A stretch of 63,409 nt of DNA, counting the filler, from Sphacelaria rigidula (taxonomy: Eukaryota), in the NCBI GenBank assembly GCA_964200075.2. It is 5 parts of 5 records of this genome, joined end to end, with 100 filler letters (N's around TTAATTAATTAA, not from the genome) between each part and the next. Parts side by side here need not be neighbours in the genome. Positions count along the whole stretch, not along the records: positions 50,810 to 63,409 come from CAXNAA020003582.1; 4 more parts are not named here. The stretch is one strand, 5' to 3'. The notes beneath the pieces are model-generated. The model had not been told where the DNA came from. It did not search any database and saw only the letters and a program-made list of their open reading frames with translations. Shown piece by piece: positions 51,360-63,409 of the stretch (position 1 is its first letter; each line of letters opens with the position of its first letter). Position numbers and translations under genes: made by a program.

Positions 51360-51726
51360 GGTGGTTGTGTGTTTGTCGTGTGTTGTCGTCCCGTCTATTC
51401 TGGACGCCAGTCTACACCTTTCGGTATATGTGGGCGCACCAGCCGGGGTCACACAGGAGGAGGGTCAACACAGGAGTTGGGTTTTTCTTGTCTTTGGTAC
51501 TCCACCTTCCTTCTGCGGTGCTTTCCTTTATTTTTTATCGCGAGAGGAATTCAGCAGTTCCCTTCCCTTGTCGACCGTTGAGTCGAATTTCGTGTATCAA
51601 CGACATAGTCGCTGTCCACTGTTGGGCATGGTGTGAGCAAAGTCCCAGATCGCTCCGAGATTTGAACCCACGACCCAACCGGCAGAAGGTTTCGAGATTA
51701 CTAACTGAGCCACCGGGGCGACCGGC
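51360..51726 (-). mobile_element. Full-length tRNA-derived SINE (~370 bp)
   Basis: The minus strand starts GCCGGTCGCCCCGGTGGCTCAGTTAG (Pol III A box)...GGGTTCAAATCTC (B box), then a body shared with the copies at 21290, 38109 and 63360, and ends in an AC-rich tail. Confidence 0.9.
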
Positions 51727-52439
51727 CCGCGGTGGTTGGGTTCAACTTTGTGATTTTGAAACAAATACACAGTTACGCAGTGTGTTGAGGCCTCTGCTGA
51801 TGGTGCAGTATGGACCTTCTGAGATGCCGACGACCACGTCTTATGGGTACAGAAAGGCACCGCGAATGCATTTTCGGTGGCATTCGTTCATTTTCTTCTC
51901 CACGCTACGCTGTGGATCACATGATGAGAATCAAAGTGACAACCCCGCACTTACGGTGGGAAAGTGGTCGACGTTTCCACATACAAAAGGCACTTTCGAT
52001 CAGTATACCGAGGTAATCAAGTCCCCCCCCCCTTGTACTTTGATGAAGCCTCTGCGAAATCGTACCCCGATCGCCCCTGTCTCCGTCGACGGTAAACTAC
52101 ATGAAACACATGGCACAGAATACCCCGCCCGCACTGGTCGGCGTAGAGACAAGGCATACGACAGCAACGGCGAATGTTGCACTGTTATCTAGGCAGTAGA
52201 CGCGTTGTTTCGTGCCCTCGAAGAAGCTGTGCCTCTCCACGCCTACAACGTGAACCCAAGCCTACACCTCAGCATTAGCACCTAAAACCCGCGGTTGTGC
52301 CGCGGTTGCGGGGTATATCACTCCGGGAAAAGAGAAATCTGGCCTCCTATTTTCTTGAAGAATGGTCCCACACTACCTCAAGATCTCGTTTACCGAAAGA
52401 GAATTTGACGAGAAATCTCCGCCGTCCGGACGACTAAAT

Positions 52440-55230
52440 CTTGATTCGACTCGTATTCACCATTTGTACGAATCAATCATACGAATCGTAAGCAACTTGT
52501 GATTCGTACATGTTTTGGGTTCGCAATTCGTGCGGTACACCGCCTGAGGTACGCGTTTCCTACTTTTCGGTTGTATGGTATAAAGCATAGGTACATATTT
52601 CTCAATTTCATTTAATACAGCATGAGTCTTGGGCCCACGTTCCCCGCCTTTCATTTCTAAGATATGAATCCCACTTTTCATTCACGCGGCATGAGTTATA
52701 CGTACACGTCCCCAACCTTCTCCTCACATAACATGAACAATCAGGACATGTTGTGTCCAACCTGTCATTTTATGGGGCGCGACTCTTGGGTAGCGCGGCC
52801 TTCGGGTCGCGAACTCCTTTGGAGCCAAATCCACAATGAACTCACTTTCAAGTATTGTACTCACGTGGCACATCAAGTATGGTACAGCACGCGTCTGCGC
52901 GCCCAGAGCGGTTCATTTAGCTATTTATTTTACCCGAGATATGCTGTTGACAGCTTTCGATGTTTCATGTGTTCTGAGGTACAGTTGGCCGGAATGTACT
53001 GTATACAATACCACGGACACCTGCGTAGACAGTACCTGCACGAGTCGTCGCCGCATGTTCGGGGGCGTAGACTGCAGTCCACAGACAGTACGGTACAGCG
53101 TATCGCCGCACGCATCTGCGTGCCAAGAGGAATTCTTCTAGCTGTATATTTTCCTGAGCTAAGCTGTTGACGGCCTTTTCTGCGGTTTCATGTCACGTTC
53201 TGCGATACACTTGGCCTGAAGATATAAGACAGTACGAATACTGCTTCACTGCAGGAGTCATCCCCGTATGTTCGCGTGAGTTTTCGCAAACACTCCGGCA
53301 GTGCCCACTGCAGTCAGCGGACAGTACAGCATAACACGGTATAGTACTGTACAATCTGTGCAGCCGACAACAGACAGCAGTAGCACGAAATCTTCCGTTC
53401 ATACGGCATGAATCATTGGTACATACTGTATTCCTCCCCCTTTCATCTATGCAGCATGAATGACGTGTGCATGTTTTCCAATTTCCATTCATGCAACATG
53501 AATCACATGTACATGTTTTCACCTCCGATTCATACGAGGTGAATCAAGCGTACTTGTCTACCTATTATTATTTATGCAACATGAATCATACGTGCATGTT
53601 TCCCAGTTTCCGTTCATGTAACATGAATCATACGTACATGCTCTTCATCTCCCCTTCATACGAGGTGAATCAAGCGTACATGTTTCCCACCTTCGGGGTA
53701 ATGCAAGACGACGAGTCGGCACATGGTTGAATCCTGTCATTTCATGGGCCCTGAATCACGCGTACTTTTCTCCCATCTGTAATGCGCGCGAGATGCCTGC
53801 ACTGCATATGTTATCCACCCTCGGGTTCATGCGGGACCAACAGTCGGCGTATGGTTAAATCCTGTCGTCTCATGGGGAGTCAACTCGTATGAACTCTGAT
53901 TCGTCCTTACCGTGAAATAGAAGAACATAAAACCACCCTAGGGAGCTACGGGAGCAACAAGGCATGCGCAGGGGGGCACTGCAGGTCGCCGCGGCGTCAA
54001 GTGCCGTGCACGAGCGATACCTCTGCGTAGTGGCCGTAGGATGCGTTCCTCCAATCAAGAACCATCGACGGCGTGGTGCTATTTTGTTGTGTTGGGACAT
54101 CACACCAAGGAAAACACGCAATAATATACCGAAAGCATCTTTACGGCAGATTGGTCCGCCGTGCCGGGAGTACAACACGGAGAACTTTTCTGTTCTACAT
54201 CCAGGAGACATCAAAGCATTTGCAGACTAGCCGGCAACAAAGGGGATGTGGCCGGTACTAAAGCATGGGGAACAAACGTCGAGGCTATGATTGACTGCAC
54301 ATCGTGAAAACGTTGCGCAGTGGTGTACGGCAGTTCACCTCAATTGGCAATTGCTGTGTAAAAACAGACCTCCACGCAACCCGCTCAAGGTTTCCTTGTC
54401 CGGACTGAACAACATTGCACGGTTAATTCGAGTACAATCGTGATTCAACTCGTATTCATCATTCCAACGAATAACTCATACGATTTGTACATTATTTGCA
54501 ATTGTACAGATTTTGAGCTCGTGACTCGCGCAGTATATGTCAAAGGTACCTGTTTCTTACCTTCCGTCTACACGGGGTACGTCATGGGCACATGTTCATT
54601 CCCTGTACTGCATGTGGAATGAATCGATTGTACATATTCCACCCACTCTTAATTTCATTAGGCGTGAATTGCATGTACAACTTGCCATGTGTGATTCTTC
54701 GAGATGAGCGCCCGTGTACGTTTCGCGCCTTCGGGTCAATGCGGGACGCCGAGTCGGTACATGGTTGAATCCTGTCATTTCATGGGCCCCGAATCACGCG
54801 TTCTTTTTTCCCATCGGTAATACGCGCAAGATGCCTGCACTGCATATGTTATCCACTCTCGGGTTCATGCGGGACCAACAGTCGGCATATGGTTGAATCC
54901 TGTCATTCCATGAGGAGTCAACTCGTATGAACTCTGATTCGTCCAAACCGTGTAAGTTTCCATTCATTCAGCATGAATCATATGTACGCGTTCCCCGTCT
55001 TCCTCTAACATGGGGTAAATCAAGTGTAAATGTTCTACCCGTATGATTCATGCGAAATCAATCAAGTGTCAATCTTTCCCAATAGTGGTTCATGGAGGAA
55101 ATATGATTTATGATTCATACATATTTTGCAATCTTGATTCGTGACACTTTTTGGAGTGCACACATTCCCAGTGTGTAATTTTGCGGTGCGACCTTGAACG
55201 AACAACGTTACCATCCGTGATTCATACCGG
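52440..55230. repeat. Complex repeat rich in CATGAATCA/GATTCATAC motifs, with a ~33-bp minisatellite and a ~225-bp direct duplication
   Basis: Minisatellite at 53395-53690. 53691-53914 closely matches 54729-54952, and 52441-52580 resembles 54440-54580. Confidence 0.75.
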
Positions 55231-57301
55231 ATGACTCTTCAACCATTTTGGGCCAGGGCCTTCAGAACGACCAATGAGGCTGGTCAGGAATGGCGTGTCT
55301 GGCGTCTGCACGAAACAGTGGCGTGTTGCTGATAATCCGCGTATGTAACCGCAGGGTTATGACGAAGAACGAAAGTTTCATCCAATCTGTGTTCAGGTGC
55401 AGGGTGTGCATTAGGTAGTGCACATCTGTTGGAGTAAGCAGTATGGGTCGCGGTAGATAGCTTCCAACAGGATGCGGCGACCGGCGGGGCCGCCCGCCAT
55501 TTGTGGCTTTGGATGATACTTTTTTCCCCATCACCTTGCCACACAGCCCTTTGCCGCGGTTACCCTTTGTTGCATGCGGCGAATTCTCTTCGAAGGGTAT
55601 CGGCGTTGCGGCGCGCATACATAAAGTATAGTACAGTACAACAGTGCAGTACGTCTCCCCGACTGCAGCAGCTCCTGCCGCTGCATACTCCCTTGCACGT
55701 TCTGGGCAATTTTCCATACCCTAGACAATAGAATACACGGTCAAAAATGTACCGCGTACAGTATGGGGTCTATTGTCTATTGCAATAGACAATATATTCC
55801 ATACTGTACGCAGTGAATTTTTTGACCGTGTATTTTATTGTCCAGGGTATGCAATTTTCAGCCACCGAGATCAACTGCCTATATGCCGCTCCTTCATCCT
55901 CGCCCACTTCATGCACGTTAACTGCAAACTGCAAGTCATCGGCAGAGGGATATGCAGAATTCATGACGGTAGCTCCTTTTGTCTTTCCCCAGCCCACCTA
56001 GGTTTAGTGCCTCGTGAAAATGACCACATGGTAGCATGTACACTCCTTCCCGTTTTTTCCGGTTCACCCTGTGTTGGTATAAATTACTACGTTTCAGTAC
56101 AGAATTGGGACCAAAAAAGCACTCCAGAAAACCTAGGGAACGCTGTACTGAGTGAAGGTAATACCATAAAACCAAGCTGCGAACGCCCTGCACTCGGAAA
56201 CCTGGGGAGGCTTATCTGGGCCGGGGATAGGGCCCCCACACGATCTTTGCAGTGGCATCACACTCGGCAACAATCCCCGCGCAGGTCGTTCGGGTCTGGT
56301 CGATAAATTTCGCCTCGCCGTGATTGGGCAGGTCGCTTGAAGACGCTTTTTTTTTCATTCCACGAACACAGGGTCAACCCTATGTTAGTGGAGGTCCGGC
56401 CCCAAAAGGGTTGATGTATTATTCGTATTCAGCATTCGTGGGGAGCCAACCCGAACCATCTGTGATTTTTCCCGACCGTGGAAACTCCCAGCGACACGAG
56501 CTTCCGCGGTGTGGCCACCGCACTTTACGGCGAAATCAAGGCAAGCTTTCTTGTTGCGCCGGAGTATTCTATTTTATAAGCTATGGCACTACACGTGGAA
56601 TGTGTACACCGCAGGTGCCTTCCACTCCCAGCTTCAACGGCCAACCCATATGCCCCATGAGCGATCCTGAAGACATGTATATATATATATATTGTGTCGA
56701 CTGCGACGTTGCGGGGAGCCCTGCACTATCGCTCAAATCTAATCTGGAATTTGGATATCCATCTGAACGATGTACCTCCGTCTGTAACACTTCCGTCAAG
56801 CCTGGTAACTCTCAGGTGCTGTCTGGGATATCCACCTGGGATGTCGATCTGGACCTGGAGTTTCCTAGTCCCGGATGAGGCGTGAACGTCCACCTGAAGG
56901 GTTAAGGATTTCACCGACTTGGATCGGTTTGCCGTTGTCGTAGATTTTTCCTGTTTGCAGATTCCTCACCTATCGCCCAGTCCGAAGGTCTAGTCGTGGC
57001 GCAATGCCCCACTCAGTACCACCTGCCTCAACACCATGATCCCCACACACGCGGCCGTTACTCCCTTTCCGTTCGCAGGGAGAGCGTTTACATGTTCTTG
57101 ACGGATCCGTACGTCCCCCGCCCTCTGGAGAGGGATAACTCGTCCACTTTTATCGGCGACTTGCCTTTCGACATCATTCCAGTCGGACAGCTGGGCACGG
57201 ATATTACATACTGTACTCTGGTGGGTTGGGGTTGACGTTGATGTTTTGTGTCCTTTTGTTGTGTATTTATGTTGTGTGCGCTTTTGTTGTTGTTTTTCTG
57301 T

Positions 57302-58108
57302 TCATTTTTTTCTGGTTGTGTGTGTTTGCGTAGTCGTTGTTGTTTTTGATCGCATGACGACTAATGCGGAGATAGCCCTCCCCACAAAAAGTGCGATCCC
57401 ACTGTTGGGCTTGTTTGCAGCACTTTCGCCCACATGAGGGGCGTGTAGCAGTCCAAAATAAACTATAACGCCCAAGTAAGTCGCGTCGTGCAGCACGAAA
57501 GCAGCTCTAGCGGCATTTATGATCATCGCCTCCGTGTACTTTTTTGGCCGTTTTTTTTGGGGGGGGAGGCTACCTCTGCAGCAGTCTGACGTTTTCGGTG
57601 TTTTTGTTGGCGCTGTTGGTGGTGTTGATAGTGCTGTTCCTATTGTTGCCGCTGCTGTTGCTGTTGCCGTACGCGTTGTCATCCTCGTAGTTGTTGTAGT
57701 ATTACCACCTACCACACGCTGCTGCTGCTGCTGCTGCTGACTGTCGCCTTTCGCTGTTGGTGTTGGTGTTGGTGCCCGTCGTGCTGCATCTCGAAGCTCC
57801 TCTTGCCCCACTTTCGTATTTTGTACGTTCGTGTCCTGTACGGTGATAACAGGAAAATACTTGTCACTCGCCATCTCACCTGAGATGCCTACCGTCGCAC
57901 GTATCGTGCCCTCCCTTGGTGTTTTTGTGATCTTCGCTCCCCGTTTCTGTGTCTTACAGACCATGGGAATGATTGAGAACATGAACCTCAAGGGGACATC
58001 CGAAAGGACGTACTTGGCGGGATCGAAAACAGTCAAGAAGTTTCGGGTATGCACACGAATTTGATGGTACACGCTCGCTTTCCCCTCATGTATGTGTACG
58101 TGTATCAT
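57302..58108 (-). CDS. Possible coding fragment (268-codon ORF with poly-Q/T tract and hydrophobic segments)
   Basis: Long ORF, but partly low-complexity, and its 5' end runs into a repeat. No family recognised. Confidence 0.2.
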   Translation of the reverse strand: MIHVHIHEGKASVYHQIRVHTRNFLTVFDPAKYVLSDVPLRFMFSIIPMVCKTQKRGAKITKTPREGTIRATVGISGEMASDKYFPVITVQDTNVQNTKVGQEELRDAARRAPTPTPTAKGDSQQQQQQQRVVGGNTTTTTRMTTRTATATAAATIGTALSTPPTAPTKTPKTSDCCRGSLPPQKKRPKKYTEAMIINAARAAFVLHDATYLGVIVYFGLLHAPHVGESAANKPNSGIALFVGRAISALVVMRSKTTTTTQTHTTRKK

Positions 58109-60040
58109 TTCGCATTTTTCACCACTTTTGCCGAGTTTTCTCTAGCGGCAGGTCATCTTATCACGCGCTTCCTTTTGCAGTGCATGAAGAAGGCGCAGCG
58201 GTACATTACCCTTGAGGTTTAGGTGTCATCTGATACCTGTGGCGCGTGTTCTGGGCATCGAAAGTCGCCCACACTGGCTCTTTTTCGCGGGGTGTCGATC
58301 CCGAACCACAAAAGCCTCTCCAAGATGATGGAAAATTTCAAACAGGAACCAGAACAACATAAGCCTGTTCGTGGCGGGGTATTTCTCTGCGTTCTCGTTG
58401 ATGCGGGGGCACGAAGACAGCGGTTATGCAGCGAATGTTACGAGAACATGAGAACAAAGCACTCGAAGACAATTGAACGTTGCCTTCGTCTTGGTCAGCA
58501 GCGAAAACAAGACCGCGCAATGAGCCGTTGTCGAGTTGAACAAGGCACAAACGTGGGCAAAACGCCCTCACTGTTGGTCAGCTGTGGAGGATAAGTGCAG
58601 GGGGTGACGAAATCCCTGTGATCATGCAACCCGTAAGAGAGGGTTCCCTCAAAGGATGCACCTGCACGGGGATGTTTTTGTGACAGGGATGAGAGATATG
58701 TCCTTGTGACAAGGATGCGTCCCTACACAAGTACTTCACGGAGGGGACCTAAAGATATGTACTTAAACAATGGTTGGTACTATGTAGATGCCACGAACCC
58801 TAACGCTACTACATCGTCTGAGAAGTGTATAGCTGGTGATTTTGTTTGGTGTACCTGCGCATACAACTCACAGAAAGCACGAATGCTGCAATCTATGCAC
58901 GGGGCTTTCTACAGTCGGTATTCTTACTCATGTGTGCTCCTGCAGCATCCCGAGAGAGCCGGTCGATGACGCCCTAGCCTGTCCGACTGCCCCTCCCCCC
59001 CGTGTCACAGAGAGGTTGTGCAAAATACCTTCGCCACAGTTATGAACGCCATACATGGCAGGGAGCATAACCCTGTCCTTTTTTTTTGCCGGTGAAAGCA
59101 GGCAAACGACGAGACCAGCACCATCTGCAATGAGATATCTAACAGCATCAGTAGATTGAGATAATAACGAGCCCTAGGCGATTGCCGGAAATTCAGACCT
59201 TCTACCATTTTTTTCATTTGACTATAATGAAGACCCTGAGAAAAGCGTGCGTTGCGAGAGCTCAAATCGACGCCCTTGAGCCGATTTTGGACCAAAACAC
59301 GTTCTGCACGACCTGAGTCTACTGCTCATCACTGCTAACCTGCCCCAAATCATGGATGTTCTCAGAACTTTCTTCAGTCTGAAACCAAATACAATCGAGT
59401 ACCAATCATCACATTGGAAAATGCGGGTATATGATATGATGGGTGAATTGTGACCGAAGGTGTGCATTCGAAGTCGCACGTGACATGTGACAACGTGAGA
59501 TTGAGAGTAAAGCGCTGATTGAGAGTGGCTTTGGTCATTCGATCTAACTTGTTCGTTTTTTTATTCCGTGCGTGCTTTTTTTTGCCTCCATCACTAGCTT
59601 GTTCTCATAGTTAACCATCGATATCCTACTCAGGGATATCAAGGGCGTCAGTGGCATGCTACTACACAAAGCATATCGGGCCTCGCGGAGGTGTTTTTCG
59701 GAACGGAACTGAAACGATTCATTCACTCATTGACCGCTCCTCACTCTCAATCTCACGAAAACATTGCTCTATGTAATTGGAGGCTCCCTCATCAGTTGTG
59801 TTTGTTTGTCCACGTCTCTTTATTTTTCGCGGAGGGCAATAAATACCTGCTCGATCGTCGCGGACAAAGCGATCACTCGCGCGCTTTTTCTCTGTTTATT
59901 CAACCCATGTACATATCGTCCATGTATCATTTCGCATTTTTCACCACTTTTGCCGAGTTTTCTTTGCCACCAAGGCATTTTTTTTCCACACTTTCTTTTG
60001 CAGCGCACTGAGAAGGCATACGAAGTATATTTTATACTCT
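58093..60040 (+). repeat. ~1.7-kb dispersed repeat (probable non-autonomous TE) followed by a second partial start of the same unit at ~59908
   Basis: TGTATCATTTCGCATTTTTCACCACTTTTGCCGAGTTTTCT occurs at 58101 and 59923, and in near-identical form at 24161. The ends are shared with 24155-24760. Confidence 0.75.
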
Positions 60041-60599
60041 CGACTCGCGTCACCCCCGGGAGGCCCGTCCCAACCTCCCGAAGGGGAACCTTGAATATAT
60101 ATATATATATATTCTACAAGCCGCACAGGACCCGGGGCTATCCCGTCCGTCTTTTTTGAGGGTCTTGGTATTCTCACCTTGACAAGCCCTCGTGAGAACG
60201 CACCATCTCTTGAAATGTTCATCTTGTATATAAAACATAAACACGCGTAAACTTTTCCAGGATTGCGGGTATGAACGATGAGCAAAAGTGGGTATCGAAG
60301 ACAGTAGAGCGCCCCGGTCCCGCCCGTCTTGCCTTACCAAGCTCTCGTGAGAAATTATTTTCGGTTACAATTCCATGGTGTATAGGTTGATTATGTCCTT
60401 TGTCGGTGGCTTTGCGGTGCCCACCCGTGTATGTCTGTATATAGTCTGCTGCCCCGAATCGCTTTGGTTCTTTCGTTCTTACTACGAGTATATATATATA
60501 TATTTTCACTTTTTCCAATGCTCCTCTTTTTTTTTTTTCAGGTCGGCCATCTCTTTCTGTGCTTTGCTTTTGTTTTTTCTTTCTCTATTGATATAATTA

Positions 60600-60800
60600 T
60601 CATTATTATTCTTACGTATCAGTCTACTACTGTATGTCGTTCTGTTGGACTTTTTTCTGCTCCTTCGTTTTCTTCAAAAACAGCCTTTCAGTTCTAGTTT
60701 TGTTGGGTACGTCTGTCATGCGACCACGGCTGGTCCCATGGATGGTGAGTTGAAGTGCGGCAATCAATCAATCAATCAATCCATCCATCCATCCATCCAT
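60600..60800 (+). mobile_element. Probable 3' end of a retroposon with a (CAAT)n(CCAT)n tail
   Basis: GACCACGGCTGG...GTGCGG followed by CAATCAATCAATCAATCAATCCATCCATCC. Microsatellite tails are typical of RTE-type LINE/SINE 3' ends (inference). Confidence 0.45.
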
Positions 60801-61105
60801 CATACGGAAGAAATAAGACGAGGAAGAGTACTGGATTGCGCGTGGAACGGTGAGGAAAAGTGCATAGGAAAAAGATTGCAGCGCGACCGAGAAAGAAGGC
60901 GATGGTCGATATGTCGTAGCATTCCCTCTGCTCGCACCGATGCACTCGAGGCTATTGTGTTCGTTTACAGAAAAGACGATGTTGGTTCATGGAAGTGGAA
61001 AGGGATAATATGATGATGGGAACGAAAATTGCGAGATGACGAGGAATAGGACCGCGGGTATGAATGATGAGAGAAAGTGCGAAGATTGCAATGGAAGGCA
61101 AAATC

Positions 61106-61485
61106 GACTCCCGGTGTAGCACAACTGTGTTCTTATACGGCATCACCAGCGGGAAAAAAATACCCCACCCAGGACTCAAACGCGACTCCCGGTGTGAAGA
61201 AACAGTCTTCTACTCACGCACTACGAGCGAAAAACAAGTAGCCGACACAGGGTGCGAACCCATATTGACGTCTTGCACATCTATAATGTCAGATTTCACG
61301 TACAGAATACCACAACATACTGAGGACTCTAGGTGTGAAGAAACAGTGTTCTTTCCCTCAAGCCCTACACGAGGAAAAGAAAGGAGCCGACACGGGATTC
61401 GAACCCATGCCGACCTCTTGCAAAAGAGCGACTTGCCTATCCAGCTACAGGGTAGCCGCACATCTTGCAACCGCACCGCCAACTT
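61106..61485 (-). repeat. Degenerate tandem units containing tRNA-like B-box sequences
   Basis: GACTC(C/T)(C/A)GGTGT recurs at ~61107, ~61184 and ~61325. Minus strand GGCATGGGTTCGAATCCCGTGTCGGCTCC at 61383-61411, with a decayed copy at ~61240-61262. No complete cloverleaf is evident. Confidence 0.5.
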
Positions 61486-61489
61486 GTAG

Positions 61490-61974
61490 AAGGTTGTGTT
61501 CTGTAAGGTACGGGTACGTTCTGTAGGGTATGAGATTCCGTACAGAGTTTACAGAACTGTCGGGTACCGGTATGGAAGTCTTAGAGACTTTGCAGAACTG
61601 TCGGGTACGGTACGGAAGGCTTGCGGAGAACCGGTACCAGCAGTTGGGTAACTCTTTTCGGGTATGCCCGCCCCTCGGGTTCGGGTAAAGGTCATGTACA
61701 GAGCTTACAGAACTGTCGGGTACCGGTATGAAAGTCTTACAGACTTTACAGAGCTTGTTGGGTACGGTATGGGAGGCTTACATAAAACCGGCACCGGCAA
61801 TCGGGTAACTCTTTCCGGGTAAACCCGCCCTTCGGGTTCGGGTAAATGTACTGTACAGAACTATCGGGTAAGGGTATGAAAGTCTTCCAGAGATTACAGA
61901 ACTGTCGGGTACGGTACATACCGGGAAAAATACCCCGGGTATACAGAAAACCGTACCTTACACAACACAACCTT
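61490..61974. mobile_element. MITE with ~24-bp TIRs and internal ~32-bp subrepeats
   Basis: AAGGTTGTGTTCTGTAAGGTACGG versus CCGTACCTTACACAACACAACCTT (one mismatch). The interior is built of ACAGAACTGTCGGGTACCGGTATG(G/A)AAGTCTT units. Confidence 0.88.
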
Positions 61975-62149
61975 GGATTTTTTGGTTGGGGTGCTGAAAT
62001 GAATCAGAGGGCAGGGTGTGGTAGTGGGAGCTGAGAGGTACATGTTCGGGCCATTAGGTTATGTTTTTGACTGAACCTATATCCATACTTCCAGGGGATA
62101 CATACGTGTGCTCGTACCTGCGACGGGGTATATCTGCAAGGGTATACCG

Positions 62150-62536
62150 CAACCCTGGGTAAGGGTATAGGAAGCTCACAAAACTTACAGAACTGTCGGG
62201 TACCGGTATGGAAGTCTCATAGAGTTTACCGAACTGTCGGGTACCAGTATGAAAGTCTTACAGACTTTGCAGAACTTGTCGGGTACGGTACGGGAGGCGT
62301 GCAGAGAACCGGTATCGGCAATCGGGTAACTCTTTCCGGGTGAACCCACCCTTCGGGTTCGGGTAAATGTATTGTACAGAACTATCGGGTAAGGGTATGA
62401 AAGTCTTCCAGAGATTACAGAACTGTCGGGTACCGGTATGAACGTCTTACAGAAAGTCACAGAACTGTCGGGTACGGTACATACCGGGAAAAATACCCCG
62501 GGTATACAGAAAACCGCACCTTACAGAACACAACCT
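62150..62536. mobile_element. Second copy of the same MITE, lacking the left TIR
   Basis: Same subrepeats, and right end CCGCACCTTACAGAACACAACCT. Confidence 0.85.
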
Positions 62537-63359
62537 CAAAATTTTACGCTCGATAGATTCTAAACTTTAGATATGCTATTATAATAATTCCAATAATATA
62601 AACATTATGGGGAGCTCGTGTGCGGGCGGGTGCGGACATGACACACTCATTCCAGTATAATTCACCGGAAACATTGCAGGACCACCGCGATCATGCGTCT
62701 ATTCAAACGGTCGCGAACGCCTGTGTACCCCCGAACAAATTATAGCACGAATCCACGAACCGGACCCCTAGCATTGGCATTGGCCCGAACAGCCATCTCC
62801 CGGGGCGGGTGCGGAGGAACTTGCACACTAAAATCATCATTACATCTCATGGACGCCTCGTTACAAACTATGCTTCATGCTCGTGACTTCGAAATATTCT
62901 ATATATTTACTATATACACAGTTGAGTCGATGCTTTGCAAAATGTTGCGTTGTGATCCCTATCGGTGATCCCTATCGGAACCGCGCCACGTCTTTTGAGC
63001 GAAGAATGAGGTTAAACGTTGTTATTTTTCTTGATTTCAAAATATTTAATGTTGTCTTTGTTTTCTCCGCGGTGACACGCCAAGTACATACACTATCCCA
63101 AGTAATTCGTATGGCCGGCGCTACCCGTACCATTTTTACACGCGTTCTTGTTCCTGAGCTGCTTCAAAGATGAACGTTAAAGGTATTCACTTTCGTCTTC
63201 AGCGCTCGGTCGACAGATGATGTGAGAGTTGTGCCCTGTTCGAAGATGGTTGTTGAAGAGCATACCTTGCACATGAGAATCCTTGGTTATATCATGATTG
63301 CCTCCGTTTTTTTTTTGCAAGTATTTTGGACGATTTGCGTCAAATCTCTCTTGTGCAGT

Positions 63360-63409
63360 TGTGTGTGTGTTGTGTGTTGTCGTCCCATTTATTCTGGGCA
63401 CCAGTCTAC
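63360..63409 (-). mobile_element. 3' tail of the SINE family, cut by the contig end
   Basis: GTGTTGTCGTCCCATTTATTCTGGGCACCAGTCTAC matches 51379-51415. Confidence 0.8.

Noticed and set aside
51640-51726. tRNA gene
   Set aside because: A and B boxes are present, but the sequence continues into a multi-copy SINE body and has no proper cloverleaf.
55770-55997. Peptide weakly reminiscent of a MULE/MuDR N-terminal domain
   Set aside because: Short, no catalytic motif and no supporting exons; it cannot be supported without an HMM search.
61490-62536. ~32-bp repeats resembling a CRISPR array
   Set aside because: The units are contiguous and degenerate with no unique spacers, lie inside TIR-bounded MITEs, and no cas genes are present.

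Overview
Eukaryotic genomic DNA of roughly balanced GC with many short GT-AG exons and a dense load of LINE, SINE and MITE repeats. The gene and repeat style suggests a brown alga (Ectocarpus-like Phaeophyceae); this is an inference. The window is not one locus. It is five unrelated contigs (1-12605, 12706-25307, 25408-38008, 38109-50709, 50810-63409; lengths 12605/12602/12601/12601/12600) joined by artificial N44-TTAATTAATTAA-N44 linkers in descending size order, so neighbourhoods only count within a contig. Contig 1: the 3' part of an unrecognised multi-exon gene, two ~440-bp fully palindromic elements, decayed LINE copies ending in poly(C), and two coiled-coil exons. Contig 2: an intron-retaining DTW-domain (DTWD2/TapT-like) pseudogene with at least five lesions, plus a MITE carrying TTAGGG repeats. 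Contig 3: an EF-hand gene convergent with a gene ending in a UBR-box-like Cys/His finger. Contig 4: the last exons of a histone deacetylase, the first exon of GCP4, and the main finding, a phase-consistent 12-exon gene (929 aa as modelled) in which a GT-B sterol-glucosyltransferase-like domain is fused in frame, within one exon, to an FkbM-family SAM methyltransferase. Contig 5: almost all repeats. Exon models were built by hand from splice signals and reading phase, with no database searches.
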